NCBI RefSeq assembly: GCF_013177435.1
Contig: NZ_CP053627.1
Coordinates: 30,001-62,000 of the forward strand
Source: Xylella taiwanensis
GTDB lineage: Bacteria > Pseudomonadota > Gammaproteobacteria > Xanthomonadales > Xanthomonadaceae
Length of the DNA: 32,000 bases
Direction of reading: 5' to 3'
Positions 9,774 to 21,220 of the stretch are shown piece by piece. Position numbers and translations under genes: made by a program. Under the pieces are notes generated by a model, which ran no database searches, was not told the origin of the DNA, and saw only the letters and a list, made by a program, of their open reading frames with translations. Numbering within the stretch: the stretch's first letter is position 1; every line of letters starts with the position of its first letter.

Positions 9774-11033
9774 ATGCCACCTACAGCGATCCAACTAATC
9801 GGCGCGTTTCTATTTGCGGTTGCCATTCTGCACACGTTTGCTACACAGTACTTCGACCATTTGAGCCATACCCATCCAGCCCATGCCGGGTTGTGGCATT
9901 TGCTTGGTGAGGTTGAGGTCGTGTTCGGCTTCTGGGCCTTGGTGTTGGTTGTGGCGATGTTTGTCACTGACGGTGCGAAGGCAGCCACTGCATATGTCGA
10001 TTCACGCAACTTTACCGAGCCAATGTTCGTTTTTGCGATCATGGTTGTTGCCGGCACTCGTCCGATGCTGCACACCGCGTTGGCTGGAGTACATCTGTTG
10101 GCCCGGGTGATGCCGCTACCGGGCAGTATGGGTTTCTATTTCACCGTACTGACGCTGATCCCCCTGCTTGGGTCGTGCATCACTGAAGCGGCCGCCATGA
10201 CGCTTGCTGCACTGATGCTCTCGGAGCGTATCTTTGCGAACAGTATCCCGGCGTACCTGAAATACGCCACGCTCGGCGTATTGCTCGTCAATATTTCTAT
10301 CGGCGGCACCTTGACGGCGTTTGCAGCGCCGCCGGTACTGATGGTCGCTGCTACATGGCAATGGGACAATAGTTTCATGATGGCAACGTTCGGATGGAAA
10401 GCGGTGCTTGCGGTCCTCATCAATGCCTTGGGCGCAACGCTGCTGTTTCGCAAAGCGTTGCGCCAACTTCCTGAGACAACATGGAACGCGGCAGGCGAGA
10501 CGGTGCCGATGATCCTGAAAGGTATACATCTCTTGTTTCTCTTCGGCATTGTCTGGTTTGCCCATCATCCGGCGGTGTTCATCGGGTTGTTCCTGCTCTT
10601 TTTGGGCGTGGCCCACGCCTATGAGCGTCATCAGGATCGTTTGATCTTGCGTGAAGGGCTTTTGGTTGCATTGTTCCTGGCAGGGTTAGTGATATTAGGT
10701 GGGCAGCAACAGTGGTGGTTACAACCGGTGTTGCTTCGCATGACGAGTGATCAGGTGTTTTGGAGTGCGGCAATGCTCACCGCTTTTACCGACAACGCCG
10801 CGCTGACCTATCTCGGTTCTTTGGTCGAAGGACTTTCCGATGGGTTTAAGTACGCATTGGTTGCCGGTGCGGTCACAGGCGGTGGTTTGACCATCATGGC
10901 TAACGCACCCAATCCGGCGGGGATTGCTATCTTGCGTGGACACTTTAAAGAGGCGTCTGTGCATCCACTGGGGTTATTGCTGGCTGCGTTGCCGCCCACC
11001 ATCATTGCTGCCGTGGCATTCAGATACCTTTGA
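9774..11033 (+). CDS. Polytopic inner-membrane protein, ~419 aa; resembles the 'putative Na+/H+ antiporter' (former DUF1504) family
   Basis: A long ORF that is hydrophobic throughout, with roughly 10-12 predicted helices by eye. A strong SD (AAGGAGGAG, 9763-9771) sits before ATG 9774. The family assignment is from memory of length and N-terminal pattern and is not verified. Confidence 0.8.
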   Translation: MPPTAIQLIGAFLFAVAILHTFATQYFDHLSHTHPAHAGLWHLLGEVEVVFGFWALVLVVAMFVTDGAKAATAYVDSRNFTEPMFVFAIMVVAGTRPMLHTALAGVHLLARVMPLPGSMGFYFTVLTLIPLLGSCITEAAAMTLAALMLSERIFANSIPAYLKYATLGVLLVNISIGGTLTAFAAPPVLMVAATWQWDNSFMMATFGWKAVLAVLINALGATLLFRKALRQLPETTWNAAGETVPMILKGIHLLFLFGIVWFAHHPAVFIGLFLLFLGVAHAYERHQDRLILREGLLVALFLAGLVILGGQQQWWLQPVLLRMTSDQVFWSAAMLTAFTDNAALTYLGSLVEGLSDGFKYALVAGAVTGGGLTIMANAPNPAGIAILRGHFKEASVHPLGLLLAALPPTIIAAVAFRYL

Positions 11034-11644
11034 CATCCTGCTTGTATTAAGAAGATGCAGCGTCAATCCAGTCTATCGCGTGTTAACAGGGGTGTTGCTC
11101 ATCTGTCGATATGTGGAGGCACTGGAAGAACCGTGATTGGTGCATCGTTCTGTGCAACGCGCTCAAGGTATAGATGCCATGTGTCAAGCTGTCGGACATC
11201 TTGCGGGACATTGTCGGATATATCCGTTGCATGGAGGTATTGGTGTTCTCGATCCGAGGGACGGTATGCCGGGTTGAGCTGAGCACTCGTTTGTTGTGGT
11301 ACCGATCGTTGCAGCTTGCAACCCAGGTTTGGAACGATGGGCACGTGGTGACATGCTCCACGGGAATGTTAGAACCGTCGCTCGGGCCAAGCGGGGGCAT
11401 GCTTTGGAATTGAATGATGTTCCGCACACCGTGCCTGTTGCAGGATCCATGTGGTCAGTGATGCCGCTTGAATTTTTTGAGTGACGTTGCTTTTGATACC
11501 AACAATGGCTGTACTTCCGATAGCAATATCGAATCTTCGATCTGACTCTTTGCGGAACCAGAGCAAGATTCTTCCGGTCAAGTAGCAGGCGCAGATAGGA
11601 GAGGTATATAGCTGTTCACCTGGTGCACTCCGTACACTGTGCGG

Positions 11645-12526
11645 ATGAACTACAGCCACGCCTTCCACGCGGGTAACCACGCCGACGTTTTCAAACATAT
11701 TGTTTTGCTCGCGCTGCTGGATGGACTGGCACGCAAGGACACTCCGTTCTTTGTGCTTGATACACATGCTGGTCGGGGACGTTACCTGCTCTCTGCCGAG
11801 GAGAGTCGCAACACTAGGGAGGCCGAGACCGGAGTGATGCGGTTGATGACCCAGCCGCAGCGCTTGGAGGTCATCAAGCGCTATCTGCATGCCGTGCAGG
11901 CGGACAATGTTTCAAAGAGACTGGCCTCGGGCACACCCCTGCACATCAAGCGCTATCCTGGTTCACCCCTGCTGGCTGCTCAGGCGTGCCGTGCACAAGA
12001 CCGGCTGGTGTTTTGTGAGCTGCGTCCCCAGGAGGCCGCAGCGCTGCATGCATTGTTCACCCCTGATCCTAGGGTGCGTGTGTATGCCGGGGATGGTTAT
12101 GCAGCGGTGCGTGCGTTTTTGCCCCCAAAGGTAGGAACACAGCGCATTGGGCGTGGCTTGGTATTCATCGATCCGCCCTACGAGGCGCAGGATGCGGAGT
12201 ATCCGTTGGTCCTGAATGCATTACGCGAGACGTTGACGCGCTGGCCGCAGGCGACCTGTGCAGTGTGGTACCCCATCAAGCAACGGCGCCGTTTGCAGCC
12301 GTTCTTCCGGAAGGCGAGGGTACTACCGGTACGCTCGGCGTTGATCGCCGAGTTGCTGGTGTGGCCTGATGATTCACCGCTGCGCTTGAATGGCAGCGGC
12401 ATGTTGCTGCTCAACGCGCCCTGGCAATTCGATCAGCTCCTTGCTCCTGCACTGCCCGTGCTGAAAACCCAACTTGGTGAACCCGGTGCCAGCACCCGGT
12501 TGGAGTGGCTCAAGGCGCCGGAGTGA
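11645..12526 (+). CDS. rlmJ: 23S rRNA (adenine2030-N6)-methyltransferase
   Basis: The N-terminus MNYSHAFHAGNHADVFKH matches the RlmJ signature (E. coli MLSYRHSFHAGNHADVLKH). The DPPY-type motif VFIDPPYE is present. GTG 11639 is an alternative start. Confidence 0.85.
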   Translation: MNYSHAFHAGNHADVFKHIVLLALLDGLARKDTPFFVLDTHAGRGRYLLSAEESRNTREAETGVMRLMTQPQRLEVIKRYLHAVQADNVSKRLASGTPLHIKRYPGSPLLAAQACRAQDRLVFCELRPQEAAALHALFTPDPRVRVYAGDGYAAVRAFLPPKVGTQRIGRGLVFIDPPYEAQDAEYPLVLNALRETLTRWPQATCAVWYPIKQRRRLQPFFRKARVLPVRSALIAELLVWPDDSPLRLNGSGMLLLNAPWQFDQLLAPALPVLKTQLGEPGASTRLEWLKAPE

Positions 12527-12813
12527 GTGCCGCTGTTGTGGTGAGGTGCTTCGGGTGTTTTATGCTTGAAGGCCACATCGTGAGGTAAGCGAGGTGGGTT
12601 CGGTCCTTATATTTTCAGATGGATGTGTCATCTCGATTGATCAATGCATTCCGGAAGCCTTACTGACATTGATTCATCCGGGTTCCGGATCGCCTCAAGT
12701 GATGTTTTGTTTTAGCGAAGATGCATTCGCTTTGGTCATGTCAAGCTCAAGCGCCCAGGTGGTTTGTTGATGTTATGTAGCGCACACAGACGAACGCCTT
12801 TATGTGAAAAATA

Positions 12814-13047
12814 TCACCTCAAGCATGAGGAACTAAATCGTGCGAGGCGAGCGAGTTTCATCTTTGGTTGCTTTCGATATCGATTGCAGATCTTTGCTTG
12901 GGAGCATGTTTCTTGCAGGGTTTGAATGCGTGAAATCCTCTTTTCAGACAGCCATGCAATGCTGGTTGAGAAGCTGTTGTGTTCGATGCGTTTACAGATG
13001 GTTGTATCGCTTAGGTTCACCAGATCACACACGTCATCACAGGCCAC
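12814..13047 (-). CDS. AlpA/Xis-like small HTH protein (prophage/island regulator type), possibly degenerate
   Basis: 77-aa GTG-start ORF. DDVCDLVNLSDTTICKRIEHNSFSTSI follows the AlpA pattern KEV.ELTGLSRSTIYRLI..G.FP.PI. It lies isolated between rlmJ and the GNAT gene, with no ATG start and no obvious SD. Confidence 0.35.
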   Translation of the reverse strand: MACDDVCDLVNLSDTTICKRIEHNSFSTSIAWLSEKRISRIQTLQETCSQAKICNRYRKQPKMKLARLARFSSSCLR

Positions 13048-13267
13048 GCCATCCCTATTGCAAATAATTCTTATGCATCAATCGATGATGTCTTGTCTTC
13101 ATTGAGAGAATCGTGCATGTGAAGTATTCCCTGTTCAGATCAATGAGTGACGCAAAATACATATTGCGTTTTAACAATCGCTCAAGATTGCAATGTGGAT
13201 ATGTTCCCGTTCACCGCGGACCGGTGCGGTAATGCCAGAATCTGCCGACTTTAAAGAAGATAACGTC

Positions 13268-13807
13268 ATGTCCATCCGCAACCGTATGCCGCCCTGGCAT
13301 GAGAACTTCAAGCTGCCGAATGGGCATGTATTGCTGTTGCGTCCTGTCCGCCCCGAAGATGTTGAACCCTTGCAGGGGGTGTTCGCGTTGATGGGGCCGG
13401 AAGAAATCCGTGAGCGGTTTGCACCCGCTGCTGCCGGTTCAGTTGAACGTTTCCAGCAACTGACCAACCCCAATGCTAAACGTGAGATCGTGCTGGTCGC
13501 GGCCGAGCCCCTGCCACCGGGTGAAGCCATGATTGCCGCGTTGGCGCGTGCGGCGATCGTGCCAGGTTCACGTCAGGCTGAGTACATCATTCTGGTGAGC
13601 AGCTTCGTCATCGGTCAGGGGTTGGGCCGACAGCTACTGCGTAAATTGGTGAAGTGGGCACGCGGTAAGTATCTCGACCATCTTTACGGTGACGTATTGG
13701 AGCGCAACATGCCGATGTTGGAACTGGCCGAGTCACTCGGCTTCCAGCGCCAGCTTCATCCAGAGTCTCCAGATCTGGTGCGCATGACATTAAAACTGGA
13801 TGGTTGA
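13268..13807 (+). CDS. GNAT-family N-acetyltransferase
   Basis: It carries acetyl-CoA-binding motif A (IGQGLGRQLLRKLVKWAR) and conserved N-terminal PPWHE..LP.G..L.LRPVRPED. The start is uncertain: ATG 13268 was chosen, with 13232 or 13193 as alternatives. Confidence 0.8.
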   Translation: MSIRNRMPPWHENFKLPNGHVLLLRPVRPEDVEPLQGVFALMGPEEIRERFAPAAAGSVERFQQLTNPNAKREIVLVAAEPLPPGEAMIAALARAAIVPGSRQAEYIILVSSFVIGQGLGRQLLRKLVKWARGKYLDHLYGDVLERNMPMLELAESLGFQRQLHPESPDLVRMTLKLDG

Positions 13808-13873
13808 TTGATCGGTGCTGACTGCCCAAACGAGGTACTACGGTGACAGGCTCTGCTAAAATCAGCGCTTAAC

Positions 13874-16800
13874 ATGTCACCGTCCTCCTTTCTCGCTCCG
13901 CCGTTGCCCCGTGCCGGGCAGCTCCGTGCCTTTTGGCGTGCCCCCGTCTCTCCCACGGCGCTTGCTTGGCATGTCGCCTGTGCTGCCGAGGCACACAGGG
14001 GGCCGTTGCTGTTGGTGGCGCATGACAATCACAGTGCACACCAGATCGAGGCTGACCTGCAGATCTTGCTGGGTCAGCATCCGGCCTTGTCGGTCATTGG
14101 TTTCCCTGACTGGGAGACGCTTCCCTACGACCAGTTCAGTCCTGATCCAAACATCATTAGCCAGCGTTTGGCTACTTTACATCGGCTGCCTGCATTAGCC
14201 CGCGGTATTGTCGTCGTACCGGTACAGACGCTGATGCAGCAACTGGCACCGTTGCGCTACATCGTAGGTGGCAGCTTCGATTTGAAGGTGGGGCAACGCT
14301 TGGTGCTGGATGTTGAGAAGCAGCGGCTGGAGCGGGCCGGTTACCGCAACGTGCCACAGGTGATGGATCCGGGGGATTTTACGATACGTGGGGGGCTGCT
14401 TGATGTTTATCCGATGGGTGCGGATATGCCGCTGCGGATCGAACTATTGGACGAAGACATTGATTCCATCCGCACGTTCGATTCCGAATCGCAGCGTTCG
14501 TTACATCAGGTCGATGCAGTCCATATGCTGCCTGGCCGCGAGGTCCCATTGGATCCGGCAGCGCTTGAACGGGTTTTGGTGCGATTGCGTGAGCGTTTCG
14601 ATCTGGATATCCGCCGCAGTGCGCTGTACCAGGACTTGAAAGCCGGGTTAGCCCCCTCTGGGATCGAATACTACTTGCCACTTTTTTTTGAGCCGGAGCG
14701 TGGGAGGGAACGTGCTACCGCGACGCTTTTCGATTATTTGAGCCCGGATGTGCTCGTGTTAACTGCACCTGGGGTATCCAACGCTGCTGATGCGTTCTGG
14801 GCTCAGACGATGCAGCGTTATGAGCAACGTCGCCACGATATCGAGCGCCCGTTGTTACTTCCGGAGGAGCTATACCAGCCCCCCGATGCATTGCGCGAAC
14901 GCTTGAACCGATTGCCGCGTATCGAGGTTTGGCCGGCCGGACACGCCAATATCGATAAAGCGGAGGCATTGGATGAACAGCCACTGCCGGTTGCTGCTAA
15001 GGATGCCTCAGTCGGGCAGACACTTAGATCCTTCCTTGCTCGTTACCCGGGCCGTGTGCTGATTGCTGCTGCCTCGCCTGGTCGCCGTGAGGTGTTACTT
15101 GAATTGCTGGCCACCACCGATCTACGGCCCGACGTATTGCCTGACTTCAGGGCATTTTTTCTATCTCCGGACGAAGCCAGCCGGTTCGGTGAAATCAAAC
15201 AGGATAGCGATAAGGTCTTTCCAGTCGCGGGTGATGTGACCGCTTTCCCCGTCCCTTCTGCGCAGAGCGGGGCCTTGCCAACGTTCGCGATCACTGTGGC
15301 GCCATTGGAGGATGGGTTTTCACTCAACCTGCCGCACATCGCGGTGCTCACTGAACGCCAACTGTTCCCAGAGCGTGTTAATCCAATGCGCCGCACCCGG
15401 CGTGTTGGGCGTGAACCGGAAGCGATTATCCGCGACCTGGGTGAACTGTCCGAGGGTGCCCCCATCGTGCACGAGGACCACGGCGTTGGTCGCTATCGCA
15501 AGCTGATCACTATGGACATCAACGGCATGCCTGGTGAGTTTCTGGAGATCGAGTATGCAAAGGGCGACCGTTTATACGTGCCAGTTGCCCAGTTGCATCT
15601 GATCAGCCGTTACGCAGGCGCCTCGCCGGAGACAGCGCCGCTGCACTCATTGGGTGGTGAGCAATGGAGCAAGGCCAAGCGCAAGGCGGCCGAGAAGGTA
15701 CGTGATGTGGCTGCCGAGCTGCTGGAGATTCAGGCCCGGCGTCAGGCACGTGCAGGTTTGGCGTTGCACATCGATCGTGCGATGTACGAACCATTTGCAG
15801 CCGGCTTCCCGTTCGAAGAGACTCCCGACCAACTTGCCGCGATTGAGACCACGCTGTGCGATCTGCAATCCAGTCAGCCTATGGACCGGGTGGTGTGTGG
15901 TGACGTTGGCTTCGGTAAAACCGAGGTGGCGGTGCGGGCTGCATTCGCGGCTGCCAGTGGAGGAAAACAGGTGGCGGTACTGGTGCCGACGACGCTGCTA
16001 GCCGAACAGCACTACCGCAATTTCCGCGACCGCTTTGCCGATTACCCGATTAGAGTCGAAGTGCTCTCGCGCTTCAAAACCACTAAAGAAATCAAGGCCG
16101 AGCTAGAGAAGGTCAGTCAAGGCACCATTGAAGTCATCGTCGGCACTCACCGGCTGTTGCAACCGGACGTCAAGTTCAAAGATTTGGGTTTAGTCATTGT
16201 CGACGAGGAACAACGCTTCGGAGTGCGTCAGAAGGAGGCGTTGAAAGCGCTGCGTGCGAATGTGCATCTGTTGACGCTGACGGCTACACCCATCCCGCGC
16301 ACGCTCAACATGGCGATGGCGGGGTTGCGTGATTTGTCGATCATCGCCACACCACCGCCAAACCGGTTGGCGGTCCAGACCTTTATCACTCCATGGGATA
16401 ACGCGCTGTTGCACGAAGCCTTCCAGCGTGAACTGGCGCGTGGCGGCCAGTTGTACTTCCTGCATAACGATGTGGAGAGTATCGGCAGGATGCAGCGTGA
16501 TCTGGCTCAATTAGTACCAGAAGCACGCATCGGCATCGCTCACGGCCAAATGCCCGAACGCGAACTGGAGCGCGTCATGCTGGATTTCCAGAAGCAACAC
16601 TTCAATGTCCTGCTGTCGACCACGATTATCGAATCTGGCATCGATATTCCCAACGCTAACACCATCATTATTAACCGTGCCGACCGCTTTGGTCTGGCGC
16701 AATTACACCAGTTGCGTGGCCGTGTCGGCCGCTCTCACCATCGTGCCTATGCTTATCTGGTGGTTCCTGACCGGCGTAGCATGACTCCGGATGCAGAGAA

Positions 16801-17458
16801 ACGTCTGGAGGCAATTGCGTCAATGGATGAGCTTGGCGCCGGCTTCACCCTGGCGACCCATGATCTGGAGATCCGTGGCGCTGGTGAGTTGCTCGGCGAG
16901 GATCAAAGCGGCCAGATGGCCGAGGTTGGTTTCAGCTTATACACCGAACTGCTTGAGCGCGCGGTGCGCAGCATCAAGCAAGGTAAACTGCCAGACTTCG
17001 ATGCAGGTCAGGAAGCACGTGGTGCCGAGGTTGATTTGCACCTGCCCACTTTGATCCCAGAGGATTATCTGCCCGATGTGCATACCCGTTTGACACTATA
17101 CAAACGTATCTCTACAGCGCGTGACAGCAATGCACTGCGCGAGTTGAATGTGGAAATGATTGACCGCTTTGGTCTGCTTCCAGACGCTGCCAAACATCTG
17201 TTTGCAATTGCTGAATTAAAGCTGCGCGCCACCGCATTGGGTATCTCCAAGTTGGAATTGGGCGAGAACGGTGGTCGTATCATATTTGGAGCCAAACCGG
17301 CCATTGATCCGATGGCGGTGATCCAGCTCGTCCAAAAGCAATCCAAACTGTATACGATGGATGGCCCAAGCAAATTAAAGCTCAAGTTGCCTCTGCCGGA
17401 ACCGGCTGACCGCTTCAACGCCGCACGAGGGGTGTTGGCTGCGTTGACACCCGGCTGA
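13874..17458 (+). CDS. mfd: Transcription-repair coupling factor
   Basis: 1194-aa ORF with a UvrB-homology N-terminal region, Walker A GDVGFGKTEVA, the DEEQRFG box, and the C-terminal translocase/TRG region. Confidence 0.95.
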   Translation: MSPSSFLAPPLPRAGQLRAFWRAPVSPTALAWHVACAAEAHRGPLLLVAHDNHSAHQIEADLQILLGQHPALSVIGFPDWETLPYDQFSPDPNIISQRLATLHRLPALARGIVVVPVQTLMQQLAPLRYIVGGSFDLKVGQRLVLDVEKQRLERAGYRNVPQVMDPGDFTIRGGLLDVYPMGADMPLRIELLDEDIDSIRTFDSESQRSLHQVDAVHMLPGREVPLDPAALERVLVRLRERFDLDIRRSALYQDLKAGLAPSGIEYYLPLFFEPERGRERATATLFDYLSPDVLVLTAPGVSNAADAFWAQTMQRYEQRRHDIERPLLLPEELYQPPDALRERLNRLPRIEVWPAGHANIDKAEALDEQPLPVAAKDASVGQTLRSFLARYPGRVLIAAASPGRREVLLELLATTDLRPDVLPDFRAFFLSPDEASRFGEIKQDSDKVFPVAGDVTAFPVPSAQSGALPTFAITVAPLEDGFSLNLPHIAVLTERQLFPERVNPMRRTRRVGREPEAIIRDLGELSEGAPIVHEDHGVGRYRKLITMDINGMPGEFLEIEYAKGDRLYVPVAQLHLISRYAGASPETAPLHSLGGEQWSKAKRKAAEKVRDVAAELLEIQARRQARAGLALHIDRAMYEPFAAGFPFEETPDQLAAIETTLCDLQSSQPMDRVVCGDVGFGKTEVAVRAAFAAASGGKQVAVLVPTTLLAEQHYRNFRDRFADYPIRVEVLSRFKTTKEIKAELEKVSQGTIEVIVGTHRLLQPDVKFKDLGLVIVDEEQRFGVRQKEALKALRANVHLLTLTATPIPRTLNMAMAGLRDLSIIATPPPNRLAVQTFITPWDNALLHEAFQRELARGGQLYFLHNDVESIGRMQRDLAQLVPEARIGIAHGQMPERELERVMLDFQKQHFNVLLSTTIIESGIDIPNANTIIINRADRFGLAQLHQLRGRVGRSHHRAYAYLVVPDRRSMTPDAEKRLEAIASMDELGAGFTLATHDLEIRGAGELLGEDQSGQMAEVGFSLYTELLERAVRSIKQGKLPDFDAGQEARGAEVDLHLPTLIPEDYLPDVHTRLTLYKRISTARDSNALRELNVEMIDRFGLLPDAAKHLFAIAELKLRATALGISKLELGENGGRIIFGAKPAIDPMAVIQLVQKQSKLYTMDGPSKLKLKLPLPEPADRFNAARGVLAALTPG

Positions 17459-18282
17459 ACAGGCGCGCCCGGCAGCAGTCAGCATTGCAAAATGACTTCA
17501 TCCATCTTACGCCTGCTCTTCTCTAAGGACGTCGCGGTAGGCTATGGATGCTTGTTGACCAGGATGCAAGCAACCCTGATTTCATTCGATACATGGGCCA
17601 TCCCATGGTCGCAACGTTCTACGATTGTTTTCGCTGTTTGCTGCGATGACTCGTTCGGGCCGAAACGAGGCGATTCCCCACCAAACGGCAATCGCAGTGG
17701 ATATGTGGTGACCGGTTGCACATGGGGATGATCGAAGGTGGGTGTGGTGAAATACCCTTTCACTTGGCGTCGTCATGTTTCCAAGTCAACCGGAAGCTAG
17801 AGATCAATCTCATCTTGGAGAGCTAGGTGGAAACAACATGGTGGAAAGGCCGAGATTGGAGACAGAGAGTCATCGTGTCGATGCCCCCCTTCCTGCATAT
17901 CCATCCGTATTGATGTCAGCCCCTTACCCAATGCAATGAATCGAATTGTTTTTTGATATCCATATGATCAATGCAGATCGGAAACTGTATGTAATATCCG
18001 GTTGCCTGAACCAGATCCCTGAACCAATGGATGCTTATATCTAGTATGACTGTGAGGGGCATAAGGAGCATTCAAGTTTGATAAATACCATCGATCCATC
18101 CCTGTCCTGTAGATTCAGTGAGCCATGCATCGTTCGAAGGCCACATCACATGATTTATCAGCGTATTTCAGACATCCACTTCAAACATGCATCACTTTGC
18201 CATCTGGACACCATCACTCGCTTCGCGCAGACTCGCCGCCTTTAGGCTTTTAGGGCATTGAGTGCCCCCGGATTCCAATACC

Positions 18283-18729
18283 ATGGCTCATTTGCTGTTG
18301 TTACATGGTCCCAATTTGAATTTGCTTGGTATCCGTGAACCTGAGATCTACGGCCGCATCACGTTGTTTCAGATCGACGCCGCCTTAGCCGAACGCGCCG
18401 CGACCGCTGGCCACCGCTTGAGCAGTCTGCAATCGAATGCTGAGCATGTACTGGTCGAACGCATCCATGCCTCCCGCGAGGATGGCACTGCATTCATCTT
18501 GATCAACCCGGGGGCGTTCACCCATACCTCAGTGGCATTGCGCGATGCGCTGCTTGCGGTGGGGATCCCGTTTGTCGAAATTCACCTTTCCAACCCGCAT
18601 ACACGTGAGCCGTTCCGCCATCATAGCTATCTGGCCGACAAAGCGCTGGGTGTCGTGTGTGGCTTTGGGGTGGACAGCTACCGCATCGCCCTGGAGGGAG
18701 TGATCGCCAGACTCGATTCTGAAGTCTGA
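18283..18729 (+). CDS. aroQ: 3-dehydroquinate dehydratase, type II
   Basis: [24 protein letters not shown]... and [16 protein letters not shown] are type II DHQase signatures. ATG 18283 gives the usual ~148 aa. It sits upstream of accBC, as in many gammaproteobacteria. Confidence 0.9.
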   Translation: MAHLLLLHGPNLNLLGIREPEIYGRITLFQIDAALAERAATAGHRLSSLQSNAEHVLVERIHASREDGTAFILINPGAFTHTSVALRDALLAVGIPFVEIHLSNPHTREPFRHHSYLADKALGVVCGFGVDSYRIALEGVIARLDSEV

Positions 18730-18779
18730 GCCGGCAATCAGACCCCGCGGACCATCTCCGTATCACCAATGAGGCCATT

Positions 18780-19265
18780 ATGGATCTCCGAAAAATCAAG
18801 AAACTCATCGACCTGCTCGAAGAATCGAATCTCTCCGAAATCGAGATTAAAGAAGGTGAAGAGAGCGTGCGTCTGGCACGTACACCCAAGGTCGATATGA
18901 CCATGACGGCACCAACGATGCCGTGGGTGATGGCTGTACCGAATGTACCGGCTGCGTCGGCGCTGCCGGTGATTCCGCCTACAGAGGTGTCTACCGGCAG
19001 TACCACCAAAGACAATAGTGTGCTGCCAGAGGGGCATGTGCTGCGTGCGCCGATGGTCGGCACGTTTTATACCTCGCCCTCGCCGGACAAGCCGGTGTTT
19101 GTGAGTGTTGGTCAAACAATCCAACCAGGTGACACCTTGGCCATCATCGAGGCAATGAAAATGTTTAACCCGATTGAGGCCGATGTCGCCGGCACGATCG
19201 TGGCGATTCTTAGCGAAAACGGTCAGCCGGTCGAGTTTGACCAACCGCTGTTTGTGATCCGCTGA
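18780..19265 (+). CDS. accB: Acetyl-CoA carboxylase biotin carboxyl carrier protein
   Basis: It has the biotinylation motif [14 protein letters not shown], a Pro/Ala-rich linker, and the N-terminus [16 protein letters not shown]. Confidence 0.92.
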   Translation: MDLRKIKKLIDLLEESNLSEIEIKEGEESVRLARTPKVDMTMTAPTMPWVMAVPNVPAASALPVIPPTEVSTGSTTKDNSVLPEGHVLRAPMVGTFYTSPSPDKPVFVSVGQTIQPGDTLAIIEAMKMFNPIEADVAGTIVAILSENGQPVEFDQPLFVIR

Positions 19266-19322
19266 ACCATACACCAGGCGTTGGCCGTTGCCTCAAGGAC
19301 GCCGTACTTCGGAACCTTTCTC

Positions 19323-20690
19323 ATGTTAGACAAAGTCGTTATTGCCAACCGTGGTGAGATCGCGTTGCGTATCCTACGTGCGTGCCACACGCTGGGTATC
19401 CGCACCGTCGCGGTGCACTCGACCGTTGATCGCAACCTCAAGCACGTTGCGATGGCTGACGAGTCGGTGTGCATTGGCGCGGCACCATCCGCGGAGAGTT
19501 ATCTCAATATTCCGGCACTAATTGCTGCCGCTGAGGTCACGGATGCTCAGGCCATCCATCCGGGCTATGGCTTTTTGTCGGAAAACGCTGATTTTGCTGA
19601 GCGCGTGGAACAGTCCGGTTTCATTTTCATCGGACCGCGGGCGGATACGATTCGTTTAATGGGCGATAAGGTGCAGGCGATCCACGCGATGCAAGCGGCT
19701 GGTGTGCCGTGCGTGCCTGGTTCGGGTGGTCCGCTCGGTGATGACATTGTCGCTAACATCAAAATTGCGCGTCAGATCGGATATCCGGTCATCATCAAGG
19801 CCGCTGGCGGCGGCGGTGGGCGTGGGATGCGTGTGGTACATACCGAGGCCGGATTAAAGGCGGCGATCGAGACCACTCAGTTTGAAGCCAAAGCCGCATT
19901 TGGTAACAGCCAAGTCTATATGGAAAAGTTCCTGGAGAACCCGCGTCATGTGGAGATTCAGGTGTTGGCTGATGGCCAGGGGAACGCCATCCATTTGGGG
20001 GAGCGCGATTGCTCGATGCAACGCCGTCATCAAAAGGTGGTGGAGGAAGCCCCGGCGCCCGGTATCACCGAAGCGCTGCGCAATGAAATCGGTCAGGTGT
20101 GTGTCGATGCTTGTATTCGTATCGATTACCGCGGTGCTGGCACGTTTGAGTTTCTGTTCGAGAATGGCCGCTTTTACTTCATTGAGATGAACACGCGCAT
20201 CCAGGTAGAGCATCCAGTGACTGAATGTATCACTGGCATTGACTTAGTATGTGAGCAGTTACGTATTGCCGCTGGTCAGCCGTTGAGTATCAAGCAGAGC
20301 GATGTCGTGCTGCATGGCCATGCGATCGAGTGCCGTATTAATGCTGAAGATTCTGAGACATTCCTGCCCCATCCGGGCTTGATTACGGCGTTCCATCCAC
20401 CCGGTGGTCCGGGGGTGCGCATGGATACACACATCTACAGTGGCTACAAGGTGCCGCCGAACTATGACTCGATGATCGGCAAGCTCATCGTACATGGCCC
20501 GGACCGTGAGACGGCGATCGCGCGTATGCACTTGGCACTGAGCGAGATGGTCGTGGATGGCATCAAGACCAACATCCCATTGCAGCAGCGCATCATGTGC
20601 GACAAGGGTTTCCAGTCCGGTCGACAGAACATTCATTATTTGGAGAAATATTTGGCCGAGCGTAAGAACCAATCGATCGGGCGGACCTGA
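19323..20690 (+). CDS. accC: Acetyl-CoA carboxylase biotin carboxylase subunit
   Basis: It starts [21 protein letters not shown] and has ATP-grasp motifs ([24 protein letters not shown]). ATG 19323 gives 455 aa; the listed 19281 start adds 14 non-homologous residues. Confidence 0.95.
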   Translation: MLDKVVIANRGEIALRILRACHTLGIRTVAVHSTVDRNLKHVAMADESVCIGAAPSAESYLNIPALIAAAEVTDAQAIHPGYGFLSENADFAERVEQSGFIFIGPRADTIRLMGDKVQAIHAMQAAGVPCVPGSGGPLGDDIVANIKIARQIGYPVIIKAAGGGGGRGMRVVHTEAGLKAAIETTQFEAKAAFGNSQVYMEKFLENPRHVEIQVLADGQGNAIHLGERDCSMQRRHQKVVEEAPAPGITEALRNEIGQVCVDACIRIDYRGAGTFEFLFENGRFYFIEMNTRIQVEHPVTECITGIDLVCEQLRIAAGQPLSIKQSDVVLHGHAIECRINAEDSETFLPHPGLITAFHPPGGPGVRMDTHIYSGYKVPPNYDSMIGKLIVHGPDRETAIARMHLALSEMVVDGIKTNIPLQQRIMCDKGFQSGRQNIHYLEKYLAERKNQSIGRT

Positions 20691-21220
20691 AAAACAAGGG
20701 CGATAAACAAGATGCACCCCATGAACATTCGATTCGAAAACGGGGTGAGCATGGAATGGAGCACTCTCTCGACACAATACGACGTCGGGGTAATGGAGAA
20801 GCGGATCGGACTATTGTTTGCGATCGCTTTCTGGTTAGGACAATGGCATTGCCTGTTCTAAGCACCCGGCATGCGGACAATGTTGCAGACGTGGATAGGC
20901 ACAGGGATCGTGTCAAATGCCAGGGCATGCCCCACACAGGGGACCCCCAAGCGTGTGGAATGCAACACTCGGTCGAGCGGCTATGGCCGGGTGGTAGCAG
21001 CCATGCATGTTGGGCACGTTGGCATGAGGCAGCCTGGCATGTATTTCAAACCTCCACTGCACCTTGCTGGTGGAGGCGCGGGTGGCCATCCCAGATGACG
21101 ACGTTTTCTTGGTGGCTCTCATCAGGGCGACTACAAGAAAAAGTCTATGACGTTGGCAGACAAGGCTGAAGTATTAGGAATCTTCAGACAGAAGAGGCAT
21201 AGGTCGGTCGTAATGACGGC

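Noticed and set aside
11174-11413. The 79-aa ORF with LSDILRDIVGYI...RSLQLATQ...TGML resembles HepT/DUF86 HEPN toxins, and weak MntA-like bits lie upstream (11040-11170).
   Set aside because: The alignment requires a ~10-residue deletion. The R-x4-6-H HEPN motif is absent and the upstream nucleotidyltransferase match is very weak. It is left as unexplained intergenic sequence.
20756-21169. 137-aa plus-strand ORF in the accC/uvrD convergent spacer. This is the position where prmA often follows accC in related bacteria.
   Set aside because: It has no similarity to PrmA or anything else I recognise. It has Trp/Arg/His-rich composition, no SD, and overlapping ORFs in other frames. It is probably non-coding or fully eroded.
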